A stretch of 64,000 bases of DNA. Source: Pseudomonadota bacterium. GTDB lineage: Bacteria > UBA10199 > 2-02-FULL-44-16 > JAAZCA01. The notes under the pieces are model-generated. The model saw only the letters and a program-made list of their open reading frames with translations, made no database searches and had not been told where the DNA came from. The stretch lies in the NCBI GenBank assembly GCA_043798915.1, contig JAZDOG010000090.1, positions 8,229 to 72,228 of the forward strand, written 5' to 3'. Below are positions 8,591 through 17,803 of the stretch, piece after piece (position 1 is the stretch's first letter; each line of letters begins with the position of its first letter). Made by a program: the position numbers and the translations under genes.

Positions 8591-9952
8591 ATGTGGATTG
8601 ATCGGCCCTCCAAAAAAAGAAAATTTATCAATAATTTCCTAGAGTTAAGAGGACAGGCGCTGGTTTTGCGTGGTCCCAGGCAGGTTGGCAAGACATCGTT
8701 TATTTTGAATGCCCTCAAAGAACTCCCTGAATACCCAAAATTAATGTTGAACGTGATGTATCCAACCTCATTCAAGGTGGGAGGGGATGAATATCTTGGG
8801 CGGGACTTCTTTGGCGCGAGCCCGACCGGAGAGGATCTTCTCAAAAACATAGAGAGAGAGATCGGCGACATAAAGAATCTGGCCAGACCCATATTGGTAT
8901 TTATAGACGAGGCCGACAGGCATCCGATCGTACTCGAATCGATACAGACGCTGGCGGAATTCTCACACAACATGAAATTCGTCCTCACCGGTTCCAATCT
9001 TGAAAATATTCCGGTGAAAAACGCCGCCACAGGACGCAAAAAATTTTTCGACCTCTATCCGATCACATTTGAAGAATTTGTTGCGGCCGGCGAAAACGAA
9101 AAGCTCGTTCGATATATGAATGAGCTGTCTTTGAAGAACTACATCCATTCCGATTTTGCTCACAATAAATTAAAAGAGCTTTTCTCCTCTTATCTCCGCC
9201 TTGGGGGAATGCCCAAAATTTTGGACACATATCTTGCCCCATCGACTTCACAGCCGATAAGCGAAGTCATCAAAGACCTCACGTTCTCGATAGAAGAGAA
9301 TGTCAAGACGGTGCTGGGTGAAAAATCAAAGTTGTATGAATATGATGATGTATTGAGGAAAATGGCTTGCCTGTCCATGAACACGCTTAAGTACAGCAAT
9401 CTCCAGGTGCAACATGCGGGGCGCAGTGAAGCGAAACGGCTGGTCGCGAAGACCGTCGGTTCAAGGGTCGTGCACAAGATCCGGCTTTTTGATTCGAAAA
9501 ATGACCTGTCGAAATATATTATTTTTGATTGCGGAATACTCAATTACCTCTTGAGCGGCGCCGATCTTTTGAAGAACGCAATCGGCGACAGGAACATGGC
9601 CATCATGCATGAGACGTTCGTGGGGAGCGAATTGATCGCCCGGATGACCACGCGGGACGATCTGTTCTATTGGAAATCCGGCAATACAGCAGAGATAGAA
9701 TACATTTTGAGGTCCCCATCTCTTGTCGGCATAGACGTAAAAACAGGCAGGGGAGATTGCAAGTCGCTGAATAGTTTTGCCCTTTTGGAAAAGGACGCCC
9801 ATTGTCTGGTGAAAATATCCGACGCTCAATTGTCCATCGATCGCGAACATGCCGCTTTTTTACCCAACACCGATCATAGGCGAAAAATACCGCTGATGAC
9901 CGTTCCCCATTATATTTCATATCGTTTGCATGAATTGTTAGGTGAAGTGTAA
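8591..9952 (+). CDS. AAA_14 ATPase with DUF4143-like C-terminal domain
   Basis: Walker A GPRQVGKT, Walker B VFIDEA, LTGSN, LGGMP, LFYWK..AEIEY...IDVK; visibly AT-richer than flanking genes. Confidence 0.85.
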   Translation: MWIDRPSKKRKFINNFLELRGQALVLRGPRQVGKTSFILNALKELPEYPKLMLNVMYPTSFKVGGDEYLGRDFFGASPTGEDLLKNIEREIGDIKNLARPILVFIDEADRHPIVLESIQTLAEFSHNMKFVLTGSNLENIPVKNAATGRKKFFDLYPITFEEFVAAGENEKLVRYMNELSLKNYIHSDFAHNKLKELFSSYLRLGGMPKILDTYLAPSTSQPISEVIKDLTFSIEENVKTVLGEKSKLYEYDDVLRKMACLSMNTLKYSNLQVQHAGRSEAKRLVAKTVGSRVVHKIRLFDSKNDLSKYIIFDCGILNYLLSGADLLKNAIGDRNMAIMHETFVGSELIARMTTRDDLFYWKSGNTAEIEYILRSPSLVGIDVKTGRGDCKSLNSFALLEKDAHCLVKISDAQLSIDREHAAFLPNTDHRRKIPLMTVPHYISYRLHELLGEV

Positions 9953-9995
9953 TACCACTTACCCGCCCCCATCGAGGGGGATGTTTCTTTAGGCG

Positions 9996-10015
9996 CCCCG
10001 CGGCAAGCCGCGGGG
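9996..10015. terminator. GC-rich hairpin (terminator or IS200/IS605-like end remnant)
   Basis: ccccgcggc-aa-gccgcgggg with no U-tract. Confidence 0.35.
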
Positions 10016-10037
10016 AGTATCAAACAGGAGGCTTGAG

Positions 10038-10796
10038 ATGCGAAAGGTTGCGATCGCCGCATATGTGGTGCTGTTTATGATGATATCGGGGGTTGCCGGG
10101 GCAGGGATTCCGCCGAAGATAGCCGCATCTGTCACCACCAACTATCCGGATGCTGACCCCCACAAGGGGCTCGACAGCGCTTACTTTCAGCCGGATCCGT
10201 CAAAGCTCCGCGGCTACGCCGTCCTCCTCAGGGGCGGGATCCCGGCCGAACGGGCCAGATATTTCGTCGGCTGGGACGACTACGACTATCGCGGCGTCGT
10301 CGTCCATCTGGGCGATGGCGACAAGGTGACGACGCGCCGAGGCGAGATATACACCTATCTCCAGCCTGGCACTGTGATGGTTGTGGCCGGAGTCAAGGAC
10401 TTCAACGGAACCATCTATTTCAGGCTCCTCTCCGCCGAGGTCTACATGCCGGAGAACAGGCAGGGCGAGAAGCACCATTCGCGTGTGACCGTGATGCTCG
10501 GCTTCAAACTTCCGAAGGAGCTGCTGGCCAAGGACGATGCCGAAGGGGTGCTCAAGGTGCTGGGCGAGTGGCTGAAACCCTTCCCGGATGCCGACAGCGC
10601 AAAGGCGTACGCTCTTTCGATGATACACAGCGCTGATAAGGCGAGCGGGGCCAAGCCCAAAGCGCCTGCCGTTGATGCTGCCCGGCCCGCCGATGCCGAG
10701 AAGATGAAAATCCTTGAGGACAAGATCGAGGCCGAAAAGAAAAAAATGGAGGAGATGGAAATAGAGATGAGGAAGATGAAGGAAGAGAAAAAATGA
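10038..10796 (+). CDS. Hypothetical secreted protein with coiled-coil C-terminus
   Basis: aggagg RBS, N-terminal signal peptide, K/E-rich tail. Confidence 0.75.
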   Translation: MRKVAIAAYVVLFMMISGVAGAGIPPKIAASVTTNYPDADPHKGLDSAYFQPDPSKLRGYAVLLRGGIPAERARYFVGWDDYDYRGVVVHLGDGDKVTTRRGEIYTYLQPGTVMVVAGVKDFNGTIYFRLLSAEVYMPENRQGEKHHSRVTVMLGFKLPKELLAKDDAEGVLKVLGEWLKPFPDADSAKAYALSMIHSADKASGAKPKAPAVDAARPADAEKMKILEDKIEAEKKKMEEMEIEMRKMKEEKK

Positions 10797-10806
10797 TCAG
10801 TGATTT

Positions 10807-11367
10807 TCATGCCAGGAGATGCTGGACGAGGATCTTTATTCCAATTCCTATCAGGATGAGGCCACCGACGAGTTCTGCCTTCTTTTCAAAAAAGTGGCCG
10901 AATCTCTTGCCGATATAAAGGCCTGCCAGGGAAATGATGAATGTTGTCGCACCTATGATTATGACAGGTGTCGCGATGGTTACATTTAAAAAAGAGAGCC
11001 CGAGCCCCACGGCGAGCGCATCTATGCTTGTGGCGATTGAAAGCACAATCAGCACATGAAATTTGAGGGGGTCGATCGCCTTTTTATCCTCCTCGAGCTG
11101 CGTGGATTCGTAGACCATCTTTCCACCGATAAACAGCAGAAGGCCAAAGGCTATAAAGTGGTCGAATTCACCAATGTATTGCCGGAAACCTATGCCTGCA
11201 AACCAGCCGATGACGGGCATCAGGGCCTGAAAAAGGCCGAAGAAAGATGCAATCCTGAATGCGTGCCGCACTTTGAGTTTTTTGGATGTGAATCCGCAGA
11301 CGACCGAAACCGCAAAGCAGTCCATCGCAAGGCCGATGGCAATCAGTATTATGGTTGGCAGGCTCAT
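10807..11367 (-). CDS. mntP: Manganese efflux pump MntP
   Basis: IGLAMDCFAVS, FGLFQALMP, ATSIDALAVG, AELVGGLILIGIG. Confidence 0.95.
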   Translation of the reverse strand: MSLPTIILIAIGLAMDCFAVSVVCGFTSKKLKVRHAFRIASFFGLFQALMPVIGWFAGIGFRQYIGEFDHFIAFGLLLFIGGKMVYESTQLEEDKKAIDPLKFHVLIVLSIATSIDALAVGLGLSFLNVTIATPVIIIGATTFIISLAGLYIGKRFGHFFEKKAELVGGLILIGIGIKILVQHLLA

Positions 11368-11487
11368 AGAATGACCGGGTTAAAAATCACAGCCGGATTA
11401 AGTGTCTCATGAATAAAGACGAAGGTCGAGACCCGACCCCGATTCCGAATATGAGAACGGAGGACCACCGGGTTATGAGCTTATGCC

Positions 11488-11781
11488 TTACTTATTCAGA
11501 GCTGGAGCAGTTTTTAGCTCGCCGGTGCACAGGACCAGCACGGCGGATGTCTCATTAACGCTGTAGAAGCCATCGTTGTGAGGAAAGTAGTCAATACTCG
11601 AAACCAACGGGGTCGCTGAGCACGTGTAAGAAGATCTCCCTCCCTGAGGAATCTCTTCGTTGATCACCCTGGCTGCCTCGTCGCCACAGGCAACCGCGTC
11701 GAAGGTATCCCTAGACGCAACCCCTGGGCATCGAACAAGACGCGCGACCGCGCCTTTCTCTCCATCTCCTCCGCTAAACAT
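11488..11781 (-). CDS. Hypothetical protein (97 aa, 4 Cys)
   Basis: Strong aggagg RBS before ATG 11781; no recognised motif. Confidence 0.5.
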   Translation of the reverse strand: MFSGGDGEKGAVARLVRCPGVASRDTFDAVACGDEAARVINEEIPQGGRSSYTCSATPLVSSIDYFPHNDGFYSVNETSAVLVLCTGELKTAPALNK

Positions 11782-12267
11782 GATAACCTCCTGTGTTGTG
11801 TGGTTTGACGTTTGTTTTCCCGTACTGTTTTGATCTGGCCATCTTTTCAAAAATCTTTGTTCGTTTTCATTGCTGTTTACGGTGTTGTCCCGCCGGCCCT
11901 GAACAGGTGGGGGAGTTCGAGTTCAACGAGCTCTTTCACTTGTGCCGGGGAAAGAAACGTGCCGCCTCCTGTGATCACCACATCGTTTCTCATAATCCAG
12001 GCAGAAACAGGTTTGACATTAGGAGCTGATTCAGCGCTGGCCTGTGCCATCAGTGCCGTGGTGTTGCTCGCGTCCGATGCCGAAATCGGGGTGGCCGGCG
12101 ATAGGACCCGAAACCGACCTCCTCGCGACGAAGCGCATGCGGGACGGGGGAGCCCGACGGAAGGCGATCGCTAGAGGGGGCTGGCTTGGATTCCGGGGAT
12201 GTTGAATTTATCCCGGATCATCCTTGAAAGCGGTCCTGGTTTTTTGTGATCAGCGCACGGCAAAAAA

Positions 12268-13701
12268 CTAGGCCAAAAGGCCATCGAGCTCAAGAATTCG
12301 ATGAAAATAGCCTTCCTGAAGAAGATCTTTTGTCGGTGGCGACGCAGTGACGAGCACCCTTTCTATTGTCCACTTTTTGGGGTTTGGAAGTACACGTATC
12401 TTTCCCTCCACAGAGGCAATGACCTCCTTGCCGACCGGGTCGTCTTGGAATTTCATTTCACAAAGGGTGATGATACGATCGGCCCGCATGAAGAGCATGT
12501 CGATCTGGGCTCCCGATCTCTGGTCCTTGCGGCTATACCATGAACCACAGTCATAGCGGACCGCGCTGAAACCCAGCTTGTCGGCGATAACCTGATGGTG
12601 GTAATAACAGAAGCGCTCGAATGCGAGCCCCTGCCAGATCGCGTATCGTTGAGGCGAAACGAATTGCGCTATCCTGCCTTCGCCACGACCATCTCTGATC
12701 CTGCGGAGCGAGGGATGGATAAAACGGAAATAAAAGAGGAGATAGGGGTCTTTGATCCTGTAGCGGTTAAGGCGCTCCGAAGTTCCTCTTTGAACAGGCG
12801 CATAGCTTTCTATAAATCCGGCAAGTTCCAGATCCTCCAGGTAATCGGAGGTGTGGCCGCCCGACTGGATATGGCATTTTTTCATCAAATCATCCCTCGT
12901 GGCAAATCGGGCTTTTGCCAGCGTCATCAGGATATTTTTGTAGTGCCTGTTTTTGCCGAAGTGGCTTGCAAATATCCTTTCAAATTCGCTGGTCAGCAAT
13001 CCATTGGGCGAAAAACAGAGCGATTCCATGTTCCGCGCCGCCGACCGCGACGGGTCTATCATCTTGAGATAATGGGGTATGCCGCCGACGCACATATAGA
13101 GTTCGACAAGTTCCCGACAAGACCGCTGGGGAACGAAGATGGTTTTGATCTCCTCGACAGAGAGGGGTTTTAAATCCATCTCCAGCCCGACACGCCCATA
13201 GAGCGCTTTGGAACGGATTACCTTTTTCACGAGGAAGGAAGATATTGAACCGCAGAGGATCAGATGGATATTGTTCTTCTTTTGAAAGTGATTGTCCCAG
13301 ACGTATTTCAAAGCGCTGACAAGGTCGTCCCGTTCAGCGGCCATCCATTGAAATTCATCCATAAGGACAGCCGTCTTCTTTTTTCCAAGATGTTCAGAAA
13401 GGAGGATGAGGATATCTATCCAGCTCGATCTCTTCATCAATGCGTGTTTGCGCTGGCAGGCGCAGGCGGCGAGTTGATCAAGAAATGCCTTTTTTTGATT
13501 TGGCGTCGGCTGGCCTTCGATGCCTTCGAACTTTATCAACCCCTTGCCGCTGAATGCCTCCTCGATGAGCCGCGTCTTGCCGATCCGGCGTCTGCCGTAA
13601 ATGACGGTCAGCGCCGACTCGTCCTTTTGCGCGATGCCGCGCAGTGCACGGATCTCACTTTTTCTGCCTAAAAATGGAATATTTTGAACCGGGCCATTCA
13701 C
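12268..13701 (-). CDS. Archaeal-type AAA+ ATPase with wHTH and DUF234-like PD-(D/E)XK domain
   Basis: FLGRKSE, YGRRRIGKT, LMDEFQW, ILCGS, VGGIPHY, QIDML...LCEMKF. Confidence 0.87.
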   Translation of the reverse strand: MNGPVQNIPFLGRKSEIRALRGIAQKDESALTVIYGRRRIGKTRLIEEAFSGKGLIKFEGIEGQPTPNQKKAFLDQLAACACQRKHALMKRSSWIDILILLSEHLGKKKTAVLMDEFQWMAAERDDLVSALKYVWDNHFQKKNNIHLILCGSISSFLVKKVIRSKALYGRVGLEMDLKPLSVEEIKTIFVPQRSCRELVELYMCVGGIPHYLKMIDPSRSAARNMESLCFSPNGLLTSEFERIFASHFGKNRHYKNILMTLAKARFATRDDLMKKCHIQSGGHTSDYLEDLELAGFIESYAPVQRGTSERLNRYRIKDPYLLFYFRFIHPSLRRIRDGRGEGRIAQFVSPQRYAIWQGLAFERFCYYHHQVIADKLGFSAVRYDCGSWYSRKDQRSGAQIDMLFMRADRIITLCEMKFQDDPVGKEVIASVEGKIRVLPNPKKWTIERVLVTASPPTKDLLQEGYFHRILELDGLLA

Positions 13702-13933
13702 GATGGAAATGTAGGCTTAATGGCCGCTTTTTGTAAATAGAAAAAACAGGTTTTTGCGGGCTACAACCCTTTATCCACACCACCGGTCACGGACCACTGG
13801 TTAAATCGAATATTACGCCGGTTTATCATGTATTTGGATCAGTGGTCCGAGACGAAGTCTGCGGGAGCTGGCTTGGGTTTCAGGGACGAGACTCTCCGAG
13901 AGAAAAATTGCACCTGTCGGGGAATGTCGCGGT

Positions 13934-15256
13934 TTACTTCCTGCCTAGAAATCCATCCAGCACCGAGTTCAGGGTCGGCTCTCCCATCTCTTCGAGGTCG
14001 TAGCGAACGCGCATCATCGGTTTGTCGACGTCGATGACGCGGGAGAGGTCGATCGGGCTTCCGTTGAGGATGAGATCGCACGGCGTGGCCTTGATCGAGG
14101 TCTCCAGGTCTTTCAGCTGATCCTCATAATATCCGAGTGCGGGTATGAGCTTGCCGAGGTTCGGATATTTTACGTAGGCGTCCTTGATCGATCCCACGGT
14201 GAATGGTTTCGGGTCGACTATCTCCGCGGCGCCGAATTCATCGGCAGCCACCATCCCCGCGCCGAAGGTCATTCCGCCGTGAGTCAGCGTCGGGCCGTCC
14301 TCGATGACCAGCACGCGCTTTCCCTTCACAGCCGCCGGGTCATCGACCGTGAGCCTCGATGCCCCTTTGATCACCTTCGCATCCGGATTGCAGTGCTTGA
14401 TGTTGGCGAGGACCGTGTTCAGCTGCTCCGCGCTCGCCTGCTCGTACTTGTTGATGACCAGCACGTCCGCCGTGAGGAAGTTGGTCTCTCCCGGGTGGTA
14501 GCTGCGCTCGTGTCCGGCGCGCAAGGGGTCGAGCACCGTGATCTCGAGGTCGGGCTCCACGAAGGGCGTGTCGTTGTTGCCGCCGTCCCAGATGATGACA
14601 TCGGCCTCCTTCTCGGCCCGCCGCACTATCTCCTCGTAATCGACGCCGGCGTATACGACCAGCCCGTGGTCGATGTAGGGCTCGTATTCCTCGCGCTCTT
14701 CGATCGTGCAGTTGTGGCGGTCCATGTCGTCGTAACTCGCGAAGCGCTGCACGGCCTGTTCGGCTAGATCTCCGTACGGCATCGGATGGCGTATCGCCAC
14801 GACCTTCTTGCCGCGCTTCTTCAATAGCTCCACGATCTTCCTGGCCGTCTGGCTCTTCCCGCATCCCGTGCGTATCGCGCAGACCGAGATCACCGGGACC
14901 TGCGACTTGATCTGAGTGAATCGCGGCGAGAGCAGCGAGTAGTTGGCGCCGGCGGCCATGACCTGCGATCCCTTCTGCATGACATACTCGTGCGGCACGT
15001 CGCTGTAGGAGAAGACGACCTCGTCTATCTTCTCACGCTTGATGATGTCGGTTAGATCCTCTTCCGGATAGATCGATATGCCGCCGGGATAGTTCTTTCC
15101 CGAGAGCGCGGGCGGATACCTCCGCCCTTCGATGTTGGGGATCTGCGTCGCGGTGAACGCGACCACCTCGTAGAGGGGATTGTCGCGGAAATAGGTGTTG
15201 AAGTTATGGAAGTCGCGGCCCGCGGCCCCCATTATCAGAACGCGTTTTTTTGTCAT
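13934..15256 (-). CDS. COG2403 predicted GTPase (cyclic 2,3-diphosphoglycerate synthetase-like)
   Basis: IMGAAGRDFHNFN, RTGCGKSQT, RHPMPYG, IEEREEYEP, WDGGNND, EDGPTLTHG. Confidence 0.88.
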   Translation of the reverse strand: MTKKRVLIMGAAGRDFHNFNTYFRDNPLYEVVAFTATQIPNIEGRRYPPALSGKNYPGGISIYPEEDLTDIIKREKIDEVVFSYSDVPHEYVMQKGSQVMAAGANYSLLSPRFTQIKSQVPVISVCAIRTGCGKSQTARKIVELLKKRGKKVVAIRHPMPYGDLAEQAVQRFASYDDMDRHNCTIEEREEYEPYIDHGLVVYAGVDYEEIVRRAEKEADVIIWDGGNNDTPFVEPDLEITVLDPLRAGHERSYHPGETNFLTADVLVINKYEQASAEQLNTVLANIKHCNPDAKVIKGASRLTVDDPAAVKGKRVLVIEDGPTLTHGGMTFGAGMVAADEFGAAEIVDPKPFTVGSIKDAYVKYPNLGKLIPALGYYEDQLKDLETSIKATPCDLILNGSPIDLSRVIDVDKPMMRVRYDLEEMGEPTLNSVLDGFLGRK

Positions 15257-15265
15257 GGCATCACC

Positions 15266-16711
15266 TTATTTTTTCAAGAGGCGTTTATAGAGCTCGCAAT
15301 ATTCGTTGGCAGACCTCGTCCACGAGAAATCCGCTTCCATCGCTGCTGCGACAAGCTTCTTCCACAGCGCCGGCGCGTCGTAAGCGGCGAGCGCCCTGTC
15401 GATCGCGGCGACGAGATCTATCTTCGTGAGGCCCGTGAACTTGAATCCAGTTCCGCCACTTCCATCGAAGTCCGAGATGGAATCGTCGAGACCTCCGGTC
15501 GCCCGGACGATCGGGATCGTACCGTATTTCAAGCTTATCAGCTGGTTCAAGCCGCAGGGCTCGTAGCGCGACGGCATGAGGAACATGTCGGAGCCAGCTT
15601 CAATCTGATGGGCCAGCGCGTTGTCGTACGCGAGCGTCAAGCCCACGTTTGCCGGGTATTTCGCCGCCGCGGCCTTGAGCATCTCCTCGTATTTGGGCTC
15701 GCCCGTGCCGAGGATAGCCAGCTGGACGCCGCGCTTGACGAGATCCTCCGTCGCCTCGGCCAGGATGTCGAATCCCTTCTGCACCGTGAGCCTGCCGACG
15801 ATCCCGATCAGCGGGCTGGCCGGGTTGACCGTGAGGCCCAAGCGCTTCTGCAGTGCCGCCTTGCAGGCCGCCTTGCCGCTCATATTCGCGGGCGTGAACT
15901 TTTCGGGGATGAACTGATCGGTCTCCGGGTTCCACTCGTCGTAGTCGATTCCGTTCAATATGCCGAAGAGGCTGGCCTTCCTGAAGGAGAGCGCCGCTTC
16001 GAGGCCGCAGCCGCATTCGGGCGTGAGTATCTCCTTCGCGTATTTTTTGCTCACGGTGCTGATCGCGTCGGAGTAGACGATGCCGCCCTTGAGGAAATTC
16101 AATTTTCCCCAGAACTCGAGCTTGTCGAAGGTGAAGAAGTCCCATCCGAGCCCCGTGATCCTCATGTCGTCCGCCGGGAAGAGCCCCTGGTAGCCCAGGT
16201 TGTGGATCGTGAGGAGGGTCTTCGTCCCGGCGAATTCTTTTCTCTCGCGGTAGAGGCTCTTCAAGTACACGGGCACGAGGGAGGCCTGCCAGTCATGGAC
16301 GTGCACGATGTCGGGCTTCAGCTTCATCGCGATCATCGTCTCGATGGCCGCCCGGGAAAAGAAGACGAACCGTTCCGCGTTGTCGGGATAGTCGCCGTCC
16401 TTGGTCTGGTAGAGCTCCTGCCTGTCGAAGAAGGTGGACTGGGATATGAAATAGACCGTGAGTCTCGGCTCCCGCGAGCATGAGAATATCTCTCCTTCGA
16501 TGCGCCAGTCGCCGAACTGCACGTCGATCTTCTTGCCGGTGCTCTTGATGCCGAATTTCTCCGGTTTGGTTATCTTGCCGTACCAGGGCATGATGATCGT
16601 GACCTGTTCTCCCGCCTTCGCGAGCGCGCGCGGAAGCGTTCCGGCGACGTCAGCCAGCCCGCCGGTCTTGGCAAACGGGACGACCTCTGAAGCGATTGTC
16701 ACGATATTCAT
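15266..16711 (-). CDS. glgA: Glycogen synthase
   Basis: KTGGLADV, HVHDWQ, TIHNLGYQG, PSRYEPCGLNQ. Confidence 0.97.
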   Translation of the reverse strand: MNIVTIASEVVPFAKTGGLADVAGTLPRALAKAGEQVTIIMPWYGKITKPEKFGIKSTGKKIDVQFGDWRIEGEIFSCSREPRLTVYFISQSTFFDRQELYQTKDGDYPDNAERFVFFSRAAIETMIAMKLKPDIVHVHDWQASLVPVYLKSLYRERKEFAGTKTLLTIHNLGYQGLFPADDMRITGLGWDFFTFDKLEFWGKLNFLKGGIVYSDAISTVSKKYAKEILTPECGCGLEAALSFRKASLFGILNGIDYDEWNPETDQFIPEKFTPANMSGKAACKAALQKRLGLTVNPASPLIGIVGRLTVQKGFDILAEATEDLVKRGVQLAILGTGEPKYEEMLKAAAAKYPANVGLTLAYDNALAHQIEAGSDMFLMPSRYEPCGLNQLISLKYGTIPIVRATGGLDDSISDFDGSGGTGFKFTGLTKIDLVAAIDRALAAYDAPALWKKLVAAAMEADFSWTRSANEYCELYKRLLKK

Positions 16712-16721
16712 ATTATCCCCC

Positions 16722-17753
16722 TCATGCCAGTTCCAGTTCCCTCAGGAACTGAGCAGAGATCTCCGGCGCCGTAGGATTGATGTAGAACCCCGACCCTCGC
16801 TCAAATCCTGCCACGCGCGATATGCGCGGCGTAATCTCGATGTGCCAGTGGTAGTAGGGCATATCCGGCATCGACACGGGCGAGGTGTGGAGCATGAAGT
16901 TGTACGGCGGATTCGAGAGCGCCTTGTTGAGCTTCTTGAGCGTGCGCTGAAAGAGCGTCGTCAGGTTCTGTATCTCGTGCTTGGTGGCGTCCTCGTAGTG
17001 GGCGTCGTGGCGCTTGGGCAGGACCCATGTCTCGAACGGAAAGCGCGGCGCATACGGGCAGATGGCGAGGAAGTCCTCGTTCTCCGCGATGACGCGCTTC
17101 TGGTCTTCGAGCTCCTGGGTCACGAGATCGCAGAAGAGGCAGCGCTCCTTGTAGTCATAGTATTCCTTGCAGCCGTTCATCTCCTCGATCACCGCCTTCG
17201 GGACGATCGGCAGGGCGATGAGCTGCGAGTGGGTGTGTTCGAGAGAGGCGCCGGCGCGCTCGCCGTGGTTCTTGAATATAAGGATGTAGCGGAAGCGCTT
17301 GTCCTTCTTGAGATCCATGATGCGGTCGCGATAGGCCCAGAGCACGTCCTGAAAGCGCTGCTCCGATAGATCGGCGAGACTCGCATTGTGGTCCGGGGAT
17401 TCTATGATGACCTCGTGCGCCCCGATGCCGTTCATCATGTCGTAGATGCCGTCGCCCTTGCGCCCCAGTTCGCCTTCGATCATCAGCGCCGGGAACTTGT
17501 TGGGGACCACGCGCAGCGTCCACCCGGGCTTGTTGGGTGAGCCGCCCTCGGACCTGTAGGCCAGGACTTCCGGCGGCGTTACCCCCTCGTTGCCGGAGTC
17601 GAACGGGCAGAACTTGGGCTTGGCCGCCGGCGCGGCAACCGCTGCTTCCGCCGGTTTCTCGGCGGGTTTTGCGAGATCTGTGGGGCGCTTCGACCGCTCG
17701 GTCGAGATGATCACCCAGCGGCTGACTATCGGATCTTTGCGAAGCTCGGGCAT
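16722..17753 (-). CDS. galT: GalT-family (HIT) hexose-1-phosphate nucleotidyltransferase
   Basis: MPELRKDP..RWVII, CPF..GNE, VVPNKFP, GASLEHTHSQ, YHWHIEI; start 17753 with aggaagg RBS. Confidence 0.9.
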   Translation of the reverse strand: MPELRKDPIVSRWVIISTERSKRPTDLAKPAEKPAEAAVAAPAAKPKFCPFDSGNEGVTPPEVLAYRSEGGSPNKPGWTLRVVPNKFPALMIEGELGRKGDGIYDMMNGIGAHEVIIESPDHNASLADLSEQRFQDVLWAYRDRIMDLKKDKRFRYILIFKNHGERAGASLEHTHSQLIALPIVPKAVIEEMNGCKEYYDYKERCLFCDLVTQELEDQKRVIAENEDFLAICPYAPRFPFETWVLPKRHDAHYEDATKHEIQNLTTLFQRTLKKLNKALSNPPYNFMLHTSPVSMPDMPYYHWHIEITPRISRVAGFERGSGFYINPTAPEISAQFLRELELA

Positions 17754-17803
17754 GGAAACTCCTTCCTGTTGATTGTTGATCCCAAAAATGACAGCGCACC
17801 CCA

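Noticed and set aside
11368..11487. yybP-ykoY manganese riboswitch upstream of mntP
   Set aside because: Expected from context, but I could not see the conserved motifs. An Infernal search would be needed.
11876..12051. Possible ~58-aa minus-strand ORF (MAQASAESAP...)
   Set aside because: Short, with no clear RBS or motif.
13771..13849. Perfect DnaA box TTATCCACA and a nearby 10-bp inverted repeat
   Set aside because: A single box with no cluster or dnaA context, so not an origin. The function of the hairpin is unsupported.
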